Origin: the human T2T-CHM13v2.0 reference genome, Homo sapiens
Assembly (NCBI RefSeq): GCF_009914755.1
Contig: NC_060935.1
Strand: one strand, 5' to 3'
DNA length: 64,000 nt
Of the stretch, positions 43,215-57,723 are shown piece after piece; within the stretch, counting starts at the first letter, position 1, and every line of letters starts with the position of its first letter. The translations under genes were made by a program, and so were the position numbers. The notes under the pieces are model-generated. The model made no database searches. It was not told where the DNA came from and was given only the letters and a program-made list of their open reading frames with translations.

Positions 43215-43660
43215 ATTGGAGATAAAACTAACATGACTTACTTGTATATTGGATGTGAGAGGTGAAAAAAAACTAGATTTTTGGCTTGAGTGATTAGGTG
43301 AATGAGGTCATTCACTGAGATGGGAAGCCTGGGAAAGGAATAGGCTTTAGGGAACAAGTAAATTTTTACGTTAGCTAATGAGATTTGATGTACAAATACA
43401 GATATTTAGTAGGCTATTAGGCCTACGAGTCTAAAATGTAGAGGAGCTGTTCAGTGTGAGGATTTACCTTGGAAATCATTATAATATAGGGATATTTGAA
43501 GTGAGGGAGTTTACTAAGACTTACTCTGGAGAGGATTTAAGAGGGGAAGAAAGCTCATGACCCAGCCCTGAAGCACTACAATATTTAGCAATCAAGCCAA
43601 AGACAAAGGGCCAGCAAATGAGTTTGAGAAAGATTAGTCCCTGAAGCTGTAGGAAAAACA
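43215..43660 (-). mobile_element. L2 fragment
   Basis: TTGGATGTGAGAGGTGA, AGATTTTTGGCTTGAG, CATTCACTGAGATGGGAAG, AGCCCTGAAGCACTACAATATTTAG. Confidence 0.75.
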
Positions 43661-44462
43661 GACAAATTTTACGACTTCATAGTTAACTACCAGCATAACT
43701 TACTGCTTGGGTAATCTAGCTCCTTGCTAAAAGTGTTCCCAGACATTAAATGTGAAATGAACAAGGCACGACTATTTACTTTAGTGGTATTATTTTGGGC
43801 CAGAGCTGCTGACACTGAGATAGTACCTATTAAGCTGATACTACCTTAGAAGGTTGATTTCTTTAAGAAAAATATTAGAATTAGTGTTCTGTTTATTAAT
43901 ATTTATATTAATGTCAATTATTAATTAATAAGTAGTATCTGTCACATATTATATTTAATATTAAATATTTAATATTAGTATAAGGCATTAAGAAAAATTT
44001 ATAATTAATATTCTTTTTATTAATACTTGATATTAGGATAAGTCATGTAACCTCTGCATGTATTCAAAATATTCTACTTTAAGCTATTTATATTCTGAGA
44101 AGTATTTCTGCAACTTCTAGTTATAAAATATTTTGTCATGGCAATTAAAAAACTAATCTCTGTATGTATTCTGAAACCTTTGAAAATCTTTATTGGTATG
44201 AGAATTTAGATTGTATGAGTCAGTTTTGGAGTCAAATTTGATTATGCCCATGATTTCAATGTGTTTTCAAATTTATAGTATCATTTGAATTATAATGACT
44301 CTATAGTGGTACATTATATGATTCATTTCAGAGGTGGCACTTAATCAGCAATGCTGTCATTTCTAACTACAACACAAATATGTGTCTATTATTCACCTTA
44401 CCAGCCAGTACTCAGGGCCCAGCTACCTAATGAATAATGCCTATTATTGAGTAAAATATGAA

Positions 44463-45028
44463 TGTGCTGGGCAGGCTCTAAAATGGCCTCCAATGATCCC
44501 TACCTCCTGGTATTCATACCCTTGTGTAATCCCCTTTCCTGGAGTTTGGGCAAGACTTAGAAACTGTCTTCTAATAAGTAGAATATGACAGAAATGACAG
44601 TATATCAATTCCAAGATTTGATTATAAAAAGCCTGTGACTGCCATCTTGGGAGCTCTTTCACACACATGCCCGTGCTCCCTCTTGGACAGCTCAGTCCGG
44701 GAGGAGTTAGTTGACTTTTATACGGACACTTGGGCTGCCTAATGGGAGGTTCATGTAGTAAAGAATTGGCCAATAGCCAGTGAGGAACTGAGGTCTGCCA
44801 ACAAACACGTAAGTGATCTTATAAGTGAATCCTTCAGCTCCAGTCAAGTCTTGAGATGACCATAAACCTGACCAACAGCTTGACTGTAGCTTCGTAAGAC
44901 AATTTAGGCTAGAGATGCTCACTTAAGTTATACCCAGATTTCAGAACAACAGAAACTAAGAGATAATAAATGTTCATTGTTTTAAGCCACTTAAGTTCTG
45001 TTGCACATCTATAGATGACAACTAATAT
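44463..45028 (+). mobile_element. MLT1F-like MaLR solo LTR
   Basis: CTCTAAAATGGCCTCCAATGATCCCTACCTCCTGGTATTCATACCCTTGTGTAATCCC...GAGATAATAAATGTTCATTGTTTTAAGCCAC. Confidence 0.88.
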
Positions 45029-45074
45029 AATGAGTAAACATATTCACACTGAAGTGCTATTAACTTCCAAAGAC

Positions 45075-47080
45075 GGTCATTAAATAATGATAAAATTGTC
45101 AATTCATTAAAAAGATACAACAGTTGAAAATATATATACACCCAACATATATATTTAGAAGCAGTTAAATATATAAGGCAAATATTAACAGAACTGAAAG
45201 GAGAAACAGACAGCAATAAAATAATAGTAAGGGACTTCAACGCTGCACTTTCAACAACGGATAGATTGCCCAGACAGAAGATCAGTAAGGAATCATTGGA
45301 CTTAAACTACACTTTAGGCCAAATGAACCTAACAGACATACAGAACATTCCATCCATGAGCAGCAGAATACACATTCTTCTTAAGCAAACGTGGAAATTT
45401 TCCAGGACAGATCATATGTTAGGTCACAAAACAAGTCTTAAACTTAAGAAGATTGAAATTGTATCAAGTATTCTTTCTGACTGTAATAGTGTTAAATTAG
45501 AAATGAGTATGAGGAAGAAAACCGTAAAATCAACAAATACATGGAAATTAAACAGCACACTCCTGAACAACCAATAAGTTAAAGAAGATATCAAAAGAGA
45601 AATTTAAAAGTTCTTGAAAGAAATAAAAATGGAAACACAATGGATCAAAACATAAGGGATGCAGCAAAAGCAGTGAAAGGGAAGTTTATGAAGATAAACA
45701 CCTACATTAAGAAAAAAGAAAACTCTCAAATAATCTAATATTAAACCACAAGGTACTAAAATGAACAAACTAAGCCCAAAGTCAGCATAAAGAAAAAATA
45801 ATACACATCCAAGAAGAAATCATTAAAATAAGGACTAAAAAAATCAAAAACAATAAAAAAGATCAATGAAATTAAAGTTGGTTTTTTTTGGAAAATATAA
45901 ACAAAACTAACAAATCTTTAGCTAAAGAAAGAGAAGACTCAAGTAAAATCAGGAATGAAAGAAGAGACATTACATCTGATACCACAGAAAATTAAAAGAT
46001 TATAAGAGACTGCTATGAACAGCTAGATGCACACAAATTGTATGACATCGGAGAAATGGATACATTCCTAGAAACTTACAAACTTCCAAAACTAAATCAT
46101 GAAGAAATTGAAATATGAATAGACCAATAACAAGTAAGGACACTGGATTAGTAATCAGAAATCTCTCAACAAATAAAGTCCAGGACCAGACGGACTGGTG
46201 AATTCTATTAAATATTTAAAGAAGAAATAATACCAATTCATTTCAAAGTCTTCCAAAAAATTGAAGAGGAGAAATACTTCCAAACTCTTTTTATGAAGCC
46301 AACATTACCCTGACAAGGACATCACATGAAAAAAAAAGTACAGACCAATTTCCCTAATGAAGATAGATGCAAAATCTTCCACAAGATATAAGCAAACCAA
46401 ATTCAACAGCACATTAAAAGGATCAAGTGGGTGCAGGATAGTTCAACATATGTAAATGTGGCACAACACATTCACAGAATGAAGGACAAAACCATGCAGT
46501 CATATCAATAGATGCAGAAAAAGCATTAAACAAAATCCATTTTCTATTTATTTTCATGATTTAAAAAAACTCTCAACAAATTAGATATAGAAAAATTCAT
46601 TGCTAACATTATACTCCGCACTAAAAAGTTGAAAGGTGTTCTTCTATATAAGAAACGGGACAAAGATGCACACTCTTGCAACTTCTAAAAATCATAGCAC
46701 TGGAAGTTCTAATTAGAGCAATTAGGAAACAAAAAGAAGTAAAAGTCATAAAAATTAGAAAGAAAGAAGATGACATAATCTATATGTTGAAAACTCAAAA
46801 GACTTTACCAAAAAACAGTTAAGTGAATAAATGAATTTAGTAAAGTTGCAGCATACAAAATCAACATACAAAAATCAGTCATGTTTCTACACAATAACAA
46901 TGGACTATTTCAATAAAATAATTAAGAAAATGATCTCATTTACAATAGCATCAAAAAATAAAATACTTAGGAATAAACTTAACCAAGGAGGTGAAAGATC
47001 TGTACACTGAAAACTGTAAGACATTGATGAAAGAAATTGAAGAAGACATAAATAAACAGAAAGATATCCCATTTTCATGG
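45075..47080 (+). mobile_element. L1M (L1MA/MB-age) ORF2 internal fragment
   Basis: Endonuclease-to-RT ORF2 sequence (DHMLGHKTSL, TWKLNSTLLNNQ in the ORF track). Ends abruptly at AAAGATATCCCATTTTCATGG. Confidence 0.88.
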
Positions 47081-47210
47081 TTGATATTATGTGCTAACTT
47101 GACAGGGATAAGAGATACCCAGATAGCTACAAAACATTATTTTGGAGTGTATCTGTGAGCATGTTTTCACTAAGAGCCCAAACAAAACAAAAATGTAGGA
47201 GAAAGGGTTA
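47077..47210 (+). mobile_element. MLT2 (MLT2D-like) LTR 5' fragment
   Basis: ATGGTTGATATTATGTGCTAACTTGAC...GATACCCAGATAGCT..AAAACATTATTT..GTGTATCTGTGAG. Confidence 0.7.
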
Positions 47211-47943
47211 TATTATTTGTTTTTTATTTGTCACTCTGTTTCTCCCCTCCATCTCCCTTTATTTAGGATTAACAGAATATTTGTATTCCTTTTGACTATT
47301 TGGACATAACCCTTTTTTAAAAATTGCTGCCTTAGGGATTGCACTATGCACCTTTAACCTGTCACAATATTGAACTAGTTAACATTAATATTGTACCACT
47401 TCTTGTAAAATGTAAGAATGTTACAATATTATCATTCAATTTACTCCCTTCTTTGTGTTATGGTTTTTATATATTATAGATCTTCATACATTATAAACTT
47501 TGTTTCATTTGATTTCATGTGTTTTAGGCAAATTAAAAGAAAACTAAGTTTCTAAATTTCCAGTGCTCTTCATTTCCAACTATAGATGTGATTTTCTCTG
47601 TTTCTCTGCTAAAGAAATCCCTTCAGTATTTCTTATAGTGCAGACCTGCTAGTGAAGAATTTTCTCAGTTTTTACTCATCTGAAAATTGTTTATTTTACC
47701 TTTATTTTTATTTTGAAGTATATTTTCTTGGGATATAGAACTCTTAGTTGACCTTTCTTTCTTTTTCTTTTCTTTCAGTACTTTAAAGATGCAGTTCCTG
47801 ATATTCTGGTTCTCCATTAGTTCTGAGAAGGCAGCAACCATTCATATTACTGTTACCCTTTATACAACAAATCATTTTTGTCTGCTTTCAAGATTTTCTA
47901 TCGTTAGCTTTCAGCAGTTTAACTATGACGTGCCTAAGAATAA

Positions 47944-48243
<300 letters not shown>

Positions 48244-51200
48244 AGAATGATATTTTCTATGTTTACCTTCTTTGGAGTTTGCTGAACTTCTTGAACCTGT
48301 ACATTTATATGTTTTCGGCCATTATTTTTTTTTAAAAAATTTTGGTCCCATTTTCTCTTTCTTTCTCCTTTCTCTGTGAGACTACAATTACATGTTTGTT
48401 ATATTTTTGTCACATTCTTCCACAGGTCCATAAAGCCCTGTTAACTTATTTTTTTCATTTTCTATTCTTTCCTTTCTTCTGAGATATACAGAGATACTAA
48501 CCAACCTTTAAGTTCATACCTGTTCTTCTGTCATGTTTAATCTTCTGTTAAGTAAGCCCATGCCAGCCATGCATTTTTATTTTGGATATTTTATATATTA
48601 TTTATATTATTTTCATTATATGTGTTTCATATTTTAGTCCATTTATTTTTAGCTTCAAATCTCTACTGAGATTTCCCATGCAAATTTTTATTTTTTAAAT
48701 TTTTTTTATTTTTATGGGTACATAGTATGTGTATATATTTATACAGTACATGAAACATTTTGATACAGACATGCAATTTGAAATAAGCACATTATAGAAA
48801 ATGAAGCATCTATCCTCTCAAACATTTGTCCTTTGTGTTATAAACAATACAATTATACTCTTTCAGCTATTTTAAAATATACAATTAAATTATTTTGACT
48901 ATAGTCACCCTGTTGTGCTATCAAATATTAGATATTTATTCTTTCTATTTTTTGTACCCATTAACCACCCCCACCTCCTCTCCACTGCCTACTACCCTTC
49001 CCAGCCTTCCGTAACCATCCTTCTACTCTCTATCTCCATGAATTCAATTGTTTTGATTTTTACACCCACAAATAAGTGACAACATGAGATGTTTGTCTTG
49101 CTGTGCCTGGTTTATTTCACTTAACAGCTCCATCTGTGTTATTTCAGATGACAAGATCTCATTCTTTCTTATGGCTGAATAGTAGTCCATTGTGTATATT
49201 TACCACATTTTCTTTATCTGTTCATCTGTTGATGGACACTTAGATGGCTTCCAAACCTTGGCTATTATGAACAGTGCTGCAACAAACATGGGAGTGCAGA
49301 TATCTCTTCAATAAACTCGTTTCCCTTCTTTTGAGTATATACTCAGCAATGGGATTGCTGGAACATATAGTAGCTCTATTTTTAGTTTTTTTGAAGAACC
49401 TCCAAACTGTTCTTCATAATGTTTTTAATAATTTTAATCATCACCAAAATTGTACGAGGGTTCCCTTTTCTCCACGTTCTTGCCAGCATTTGTTATTGCC
49501 TGTCTTTGGATATAAGCCGTTTTAAGTGGGGTAAGACGATATCTCACTGTAGTTTTGATTTGCATTTCTCTGATGATAAATGTTGTTGAGTACTTTTTCA
49601 TATACCTGTTTGCCATTTGTATGTCTTCTTTTAAGAAATGTCTATTCAAATCTTCTGCCCATTTTTAAATTAGATTAGATTTTTTTCCTATAGAGTTGTT
49701 TGAATTCCTTATATATTCTCCTTATATAATCCCTTCTCAGATGGATAGTTTGAAAATATTTTCTCCCATTCTGTGACGTGTTGATTTTATCGTTTGTTGT
49801 ACAGAAGCTTTTTAACTTGATGTAATCCCATTTGTCCATTTTGGCTTTTGTTGCCTATGCTTGTGGGGTATTACTCAAGAAAATTTTTGCCCAGACCAAT
49901 GTACTGACGAGTTTCCCCAATGTTTTCTTGTAGTGGTTTCGTAGTGTGAAGTCTTAGATTTAGGTCTTTAATGCATTTTGCTTAGATTTTTGTATATGGC
50001 AAGAGATAGGTGTCTAGTTTCATTTTTCTGCATATGGATATCCAGTTTTCCCAGATCATTTATTGAAGAGACTGTTTTTTTCCCCAGTGTATGTTCTTGG
50101 CATACACTGGGGGAAATAAGTTCACTGTATGTGTATGGATTTGTTTCTGGGTTCTCTATTCTGTTCCATTTGTCTGTATGTGTTTTTATGCCAGTACCAT
50201 GCTGTTTTGGATACTATAGGTCTATAGTATATCTTGAAGTCAGGTATGTGATTCCTCTGGTTTTGTTCTTTTCACTCAGGATAGCTCGAGCTATGATGTA
50301 TCTTTTCTGGTTTCATGTAAATCTAGGATTGTTTTTTCTATTTCTGTGAAGAATGTCATTGGTATTCTGATAAGGATTGCATTGCATCCATAGATTCCTT
50401 TGGGTTGTACGAATATTTTAACAATATTGATCCTTCCAATTCATAAACATGAAATATCTTTCCATTTTTGTGTTTAATTTATTTCCATTTCAATTGTCTT
50501 TAATTTATTTCATCAATGTTTTATAGTTTTTATTATAGAGATCTTTCAGTTCTTTTGTTCATCCTTATGTATTTAATTTTGTTTGTGGCTACTGTAAATG
50601 TGATCACATTTTTATTTTTTTCAGATTGTTCACTGTTGGCATATAGAAATGCTGCTGATTCTTCTATGCTGATTTTGTATCCTCCAACTTTACTGAATTC
50701 ATTTATTATTTCTAATAGTTTTTCTGTGGAGTCTGTAGGTTTTTCCAAATATAAGATTATATCATCTGCAAACAAGGATGACTTCTTTCCAATTTGGGTG
50801 CCCTTTGTTTTTTTCTCTTGTCTAATTTTTCTACCTAGGACTTCCATTACTATGTTGAACAACAGAGGTGAAAGTGGGTATCCTTGTCATGTTCCACATC
50901 TTAGAGAAAAGGCTTTCAGTTTTTCCCCCTTCTGTATGATATTAGCTGTGGGTCTGTCATATATGGCTTTTATCGTGTTGAGTTATGTTCCTTTTGTTGT
51001 GTTGAGGTATCCCTTTTTAAGGGATTTTATCATGACAGAATTTGAGATATTTTATCATGACAAAAAGCAGAATGATTTTCATCCTTCATTCTGTTGATAT
51101 GATGTATCACATTGATTCATTTGCATATGCTAAAACAACCTTGTATTTCTGGGATAATTCCCATTTGGTCATGATGAATGCTTTGGCTTGAATTTGGTTT

Positions 51201-51894
51201 GCTAGTATTTTGTTGAGGATTTTCACATCAATATTCATCAAAGATATTGGCCTGTAGTTTTCCTTTTTGTTTTTGATGTGCCTTCATCTGGTTGTTATAT
51301 TGGGGTGATACTGGCCTTCTAGAATGAGTTTGGAACTATTCCCTCCTCTATTTTTTGGAATAGTTTGAGCAGGATTGATATTAGTTCTTTAAATCTTTGG
51401 TAAAATTCAGCAGTGAAGCGATCAGATCCTGGACTTTTCTGTGCTAAGAGACTTTTTATTATGGCTTCAAACTCATTACTTGTTATTACTCTGTTCAGGT
51501 TTTGGATTTCTTCATGGTTCAATTTTAGAAGGTAGGGATTTACCCATTTTCTCTAGATTTTCCAATTTATTTGCATATACTTGCTCATAGTAGCCACGAA
51601 TGAGCCTTTGAATTTTTGTGGTATCAATTGTAATGTCTCCTTTTTGATCTCTGATTTTACCTGTTTGGGTCTTCTCCTTTTTTTCTTTATTACTCTGGCT
51701 AAAGATTAGTTAATTTTATCTTTTCCAAAAATCCCAACTTTTTGTTTAATTGATCTTTTGTATTGTTTTCATTTCAAATTCATTTATTTTGGCTCTGATC
51801 TTTATTATTCCTTTCCTTTTACTAATTTTTGGTTTAGTTTCCTCTTGTTTTCCTAGTTATTTCAGAGGCATCATTAGCTTATTTATACAAAGGG

Positions 51895-52515
<621 letters not shown>

Positions 52516-53686
52516 TGAAGTTTCTTTTTTAATGTAGGCACTTATAGCTATAAATTTTTCTCTACTGCTTTCACTGTATCCCATAGGTTTTGCTATGTTG
52601 TTTCCATTATGATTTGTTTCAAGAAATTTTTCAGTTTCCTTCTTAATTTCTTCATTAACCCACTTGTCATTCATGGGTATATTATTTAATTTCTACATGC
52701 TTGTATAGTTTCCAAAATTATTCTTGTTGATTTCTAGTTTTATTCCATTGTAGTCAGAGAAGATGCTTGGTATTATTTCAGATTTGTTTAATGTTTTAAG
52801 ACTTGTTTTGTGACCTAACATATGGTCTGTCCTTGAGAACAATCCACATGCTGAGGAAAAAAAAGTGTATTCTGCAGCCTTTGGATAAAATGTTCTGTAA
52901 ATATCTGTTAGATCCATTTGTTCTATAAGGCAGATTAAGCCCAATGTTTCTTTGCTGAGTTTCTCTCTGGAAGATCTGTCCAATGCTGAAAGTGGGTATT
53001 GAAATCTCCAGCTATTATTATATTGAGATCTATCTCTCCCTTTAGCTCTAATAATATTTGCTTTATATAGCTAGGTACTCTAATGCTGGGGACATATATA
53101 TTTACAATCATTATATCCTCTTGCTCAATTGAAAACTAACATTATATAATGATCTTGTCTCTTCTCGCAGGCTTTGTATTGAAATCTATTTTGTCTGATT
53201 TAAGTACAGCTATTCCTGCTTTTTTTTGTTTTCCATTGAGATGGAATATCTATTCTCATCCATTTATTTTCAGTCTGTGTGTATCTTTATAGGTGAAATG
53301 ATTTCTTGTAGGCAACAGATCATTGGGTCTTGTTTTTTCATCCATTCAGCCATTGTATGTCTTTTGATTGGAAGGTTTAGTTCATTTACATTCAATGTTA
53401 TTATTAATACCTAGAGACTTACTCTTGCCATTTTGTTACTTGTTTTCTGGTTGTTTGTGATCTTATCTTCCTTCTTACCTTCTTACCTTCCTTCCTGTCA
53501 CCCTTTTAATGAAGGTAATTTTCTCTGGTGGTATGATTTAATTTCTTGGTTTTTGTGTGTGTGTGTGTGCATTGCATGATTTTTAATTTGATGTTACCAT
53601 GAGGTTTACAAATACTAGCTTATTACCCATACTAGCTTATAACCTCAAATAAATTTATTGATAATACTGAATACAAATATAGACAA

Positions 53687-54803
53687 TTTTTTAAATTTTA
53701 TTTTCAGGGGTACATGTGCAGGATGTGCAGGTTTGTTACACAGGTAAATGTGTGCCATTGTGGTTTGCTGTACAGATGGACCCATCACCTAGGTATTAAT
53801 CCCAGCATCCACTAGCTATTCTTCCTAATGCTCTTCCTCCTCTTCCTACCAATCCCCCAACAGGCCCTAGTGTGTATCATCCCTACCCCCACCATGTATT
53901 CATGTGTTCTCATCATTCAGCTCTCACTTATAAGTGAGAACATGCAGTATTTGGTTTTCTGTTCTTGAGTTAGTATGCTAAGGAAAATGGCCTCCAGCTG
54001 CATCCATGTCACTGTAAAGGACATGATCTCATTCCTTTTTATGGTTACACAGTATTCCATGGTATATATGTACATTTTCTTTAGTCTATCATTGATGGGC
54101 ATTTAGGTTCATTCCATGTGTTTACTATTATGAATAGTGCTCCAATGAACATATGTGTGCACGTGTCTTTATAACAGAAGGATTTCTATTCCTTCAGGTG
54201 TATACCAAGTAATGGGATTGCTGGGTCAAATGGTATTTCTGCCTCTAGGTCTTTGAGGAATTGCCATACTGTCTTCCTCAGTGATTGAACTAATTTACAC
54301 TCCCCACAACAGTGTAAAAGTGTTCTTTTTTCTCTACAACCTCAACAGCATTTGTTGTTTTTTGACTTTTTAATAATAGCCATTGTTAGTGTGAGATGAT
54401 ATCTCACTGTGGTTTTGATTTACATTTCTCTAATGATCAATGATGTTGAGATTTTTTTCATGTTTATTGGCTGTATGTATGTCTTCTCTCCAGAAGTGTC
54501 TACTCATGTTCTTTGCCCACTTTTTAATGGTTTTGTCTTGTAAATTTGTTTAAGTTCCTTGCAGATGCAAGATATTAGACCTCTGTCAGATGGACAGATT
54601 GCAAAAACTTTCTCCCATCCTGCAGGTTGTCTGTTCACTCTGATGATAGTTTCTTTTGCTGTGCAGAAGCTCTTTAATTAGATCCCATTTGTCATTTTTG
54701 CTTTGGTTGCAATTGCTTTTGGCATCTTTGTCATGAAATCTTTGCCCAGGCCTATGTCCTGAATGGTTTGCCTGGATTATCTTCTAGGGTTTTTATAGTT
54801 TTG
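53687..54803 (-). mobile_element. 5'-truncated L1PA13-like (about 1.1 kb) inside the L1MA
   Basis: GGGGTACATGTGCAGGATGTGCAGGTTTGTTAC 3' end plus ORF2 C-terminus (YTMEYC...CMFSLISES). The host resumes at 54804. Confidence 0.92.
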
Positions 54804-57723
54804 ATAACTCATTATTTTGATCTGATGACAACTTAACACTAAGTGCATAAACAGACAAAACACACAAAAAGAAAACTAATAAAACTCTAACTTCATTTCC
54901 CTGCTTAACTTTTTGTTTTCTCTTTATGTTTTATTATACTGCCTGTGTCTTGAAAAGTTGTTGTAATATATTATTTATGATTGCTTCATTTAGTCTTTCC
55001 ACTTAAGATAAAGACAGTTTGCACACCACAGTGTTATAATATTCTGTGTTTTTCTGTGTGCTTACTATTACCAGTGAGTTTTGTACCTTCAGGTGATTTC
55101 CTTCTTGCTCATTAACATTTCTTTCAGATTGAAGAACTCCCTTTAGCATTTCTTTCATGACAGGTTTGGTGTTGATGAAATCCCTCAGCTTTTGTTTGTC
55201 TGGGAAGATCTTTATTTCCCCTTTATGTTTGAAGAATATATTCACCAGATATAGTATTGTAGGGTAAAAGTTTTATTTTTCCCCTTTGGCACCTTAATTA
55301 TGTCATGTCACTCTCTCCTGGCCTGTAAAGTTTTCACTGAAAAGTCTGCTGCTGGATGTATTGGAGCTCCATTGTATGTTATTTGTTTCTTTTCCCTTGC
55401 TGCTTTTGGGATCCTTTCTTCATCTTTGACCTTTCGGAGTTTGATTATTAAATGCCTTGAGGTAGTCTTTTTTGGGTTAAATCTTCTTAATGTTCTATAA
55501 CCTTTCTGTGGTTGAATGTTGATATCTGCCTCTAGGTTTGGGAAGCTCTCTGTTATTACTAGAATTTCTGCTTGATTCTTTTCAGTTATTTCAATCTTTA
55601 CGTTAAATTTATGTGATAGAATTCTGAATTCTTTCTCAGTGTTTTCTTAAGTTTCCTCAGCTATTTTGAATTCTCTAAAAGGTCACATGACTCTGTCACT
55701 CCAGGATTGGTCCCTGATTCGTTAGTTTGGTGAGGTCCTGTTTTTCGGGATGATATTAATGCTTGTAGAAGTTCATCAGCATCTGGGCACTGGAGAGTTA
55801 GGTATTTACTGTAGTCTTCAGTCTGAGCTTCTTTGTGCCCATCCTTCTTGGGAAGACTTTCCAGGTATTTGAAAGAACTTGGGCCACAAGCCCAATATCA
55901 CTGTTGTTTTTGCAGACTCAAAGAAGTACCATTTTAGTGGTTTTGGATAAGACAGGAAACAATTCTCTGGATTACCATGCACAAAATCTTGTTCTTTTCC
56001 CTTTCTTTCTCCCAAACAAATAGAGCCTTCTCTCTATGCTGAGCTAACTGGAACTGGAGGTGTGGTGATGTAAGTAACCCTGTGGCCACCAGCACTGGGA
56101 CTGTGCTGGGTCTGACTTAAAGCCAGCACAGCATTGGGTCTTGCCCAAAGCCTGCTGTAACCACTATCTGGCTACCTCCTATGCTCACCGAAGGCCCTAG
56201 TACTCTATGATCAGCAGGTGGCAAAGCCAGCCAGGTTTGTGTCCTTCCCTTCAGGGTGGTGAGTTCCTCCAGGCCCGAGGCAGATCCAGAGATGCTATCT
56301 GGGATCCAGAATTTGAGTCACAAACCTTAGAAATTTGCCTGATGTTTTATTCTACTGTGGCTAAGCTGGCACTCAAACTGCAATACTAAGTTTTTCCTAC
56401 TCTTCTCTTCCCTTTCCACAGGCAGACAAGCCTCTTTCTGTGGCCACTACCACCCTCACCCCATGGGGGAATTCTGCCAGTCCACCACTGATGTTCACTT
56501 AAAGCCCAAGGGCTCTTCCATCAGCTTGTGGTGAATGCTGCCAGGCCTGGGACACACCCTTCAAGGAAATGAACTCCCCTCTCATCCAGTGTAGGTCCAG
56601 AAATGCTGTCCAAGACCCTAGGCCTGGACTCAAGACCCCAAATCCCTGCTTGTTGCTCTACCCCACTGTGGACAAGCTGATGCCTAAGGCGCAAGACAAA
56701 ATCTTTTACTTTTCCCTCTGCTTTTCTCAAACAAAAGGAGTTTTCACCATAGCCACCACATCTGGGAATGTGCTAAGTCATACATGTAGTCAGCATGTCT
56801 CAGAGCCCAGAACCCATGGGGTATTCCCTGGATATCGCTGCTGCTTATTTAGGGCCCAAGGGCTCTTTAGTAAGTAAGTGATGAGTCCTCCTGCCAGGTC
56901 TGGGTCATTCCCTTCAAGGTAGTGGGTTCTCTTTTGGCCCAGGGTGTTTCTAGAAATGCCATCTAGCAGCTAGGGCCTGAAATGGGGACCTCACCATTCT
57001 GCCCAGTGCCCTATCCTATCCTAGAATCCAAGATGCAAGACAAAGTCCTCTTTACTCCTCTCCTTAGACAGAAGGAAGGAGCTACTTTCATTGCTGTGAG
57101 CTGTGTAGCCTGTGGTTGTGGGAGGCATAGCACAATCACTCCCGTAGCAACCCTGCCTGATGTCTCCCTAAGTAAAATGCCACCCTCTGAGCCTAGCCCA
57201 GCACTAGGAGTTGCCTAGAGTTGCAGTCCTTGTGTCCTAAACTGTCTTTACTAGGACCCTACAGCACTTTGGCCTGCAGCGGTGACACTTGCCAAGAAAC
57301 TCGAGTTCCAACCACTGGGATGGGTGATTCCCTTCTGACTAGGTCTGATTCAAGTGCTGCCTCTTTGCACAGGTGCTGGCTGAGCCCAGTATGGCTTTGC
57401 TCTCCACTATGACAGGGCAGCACTGAGTTCAATATAAATCCTTCAATCGCACTCTGCCTTTCCCAAGTGCACAGACTCTCTGTGCCGCATGGCCACTGCT
57501 TAGGGGTTTGGGGAGTGTGTGTCAGCAATTCAAGACTAAAACTGGGAACTGTAATTGCTCACTTGATTTTGGATTCTTGTGGTGGTGCTTTTCTGTGTAC
57601 AGAGTTGTGAAAATTCAGCATTCCAGCGGTGGGGAGTGGGGGACAGGATGAATGGTGTAGGCTTCTATTCTGCCATCTTGCTCTGCCCCAGATTTTCTAT
57701 TCGTTTGGAACATATTTTATTGC

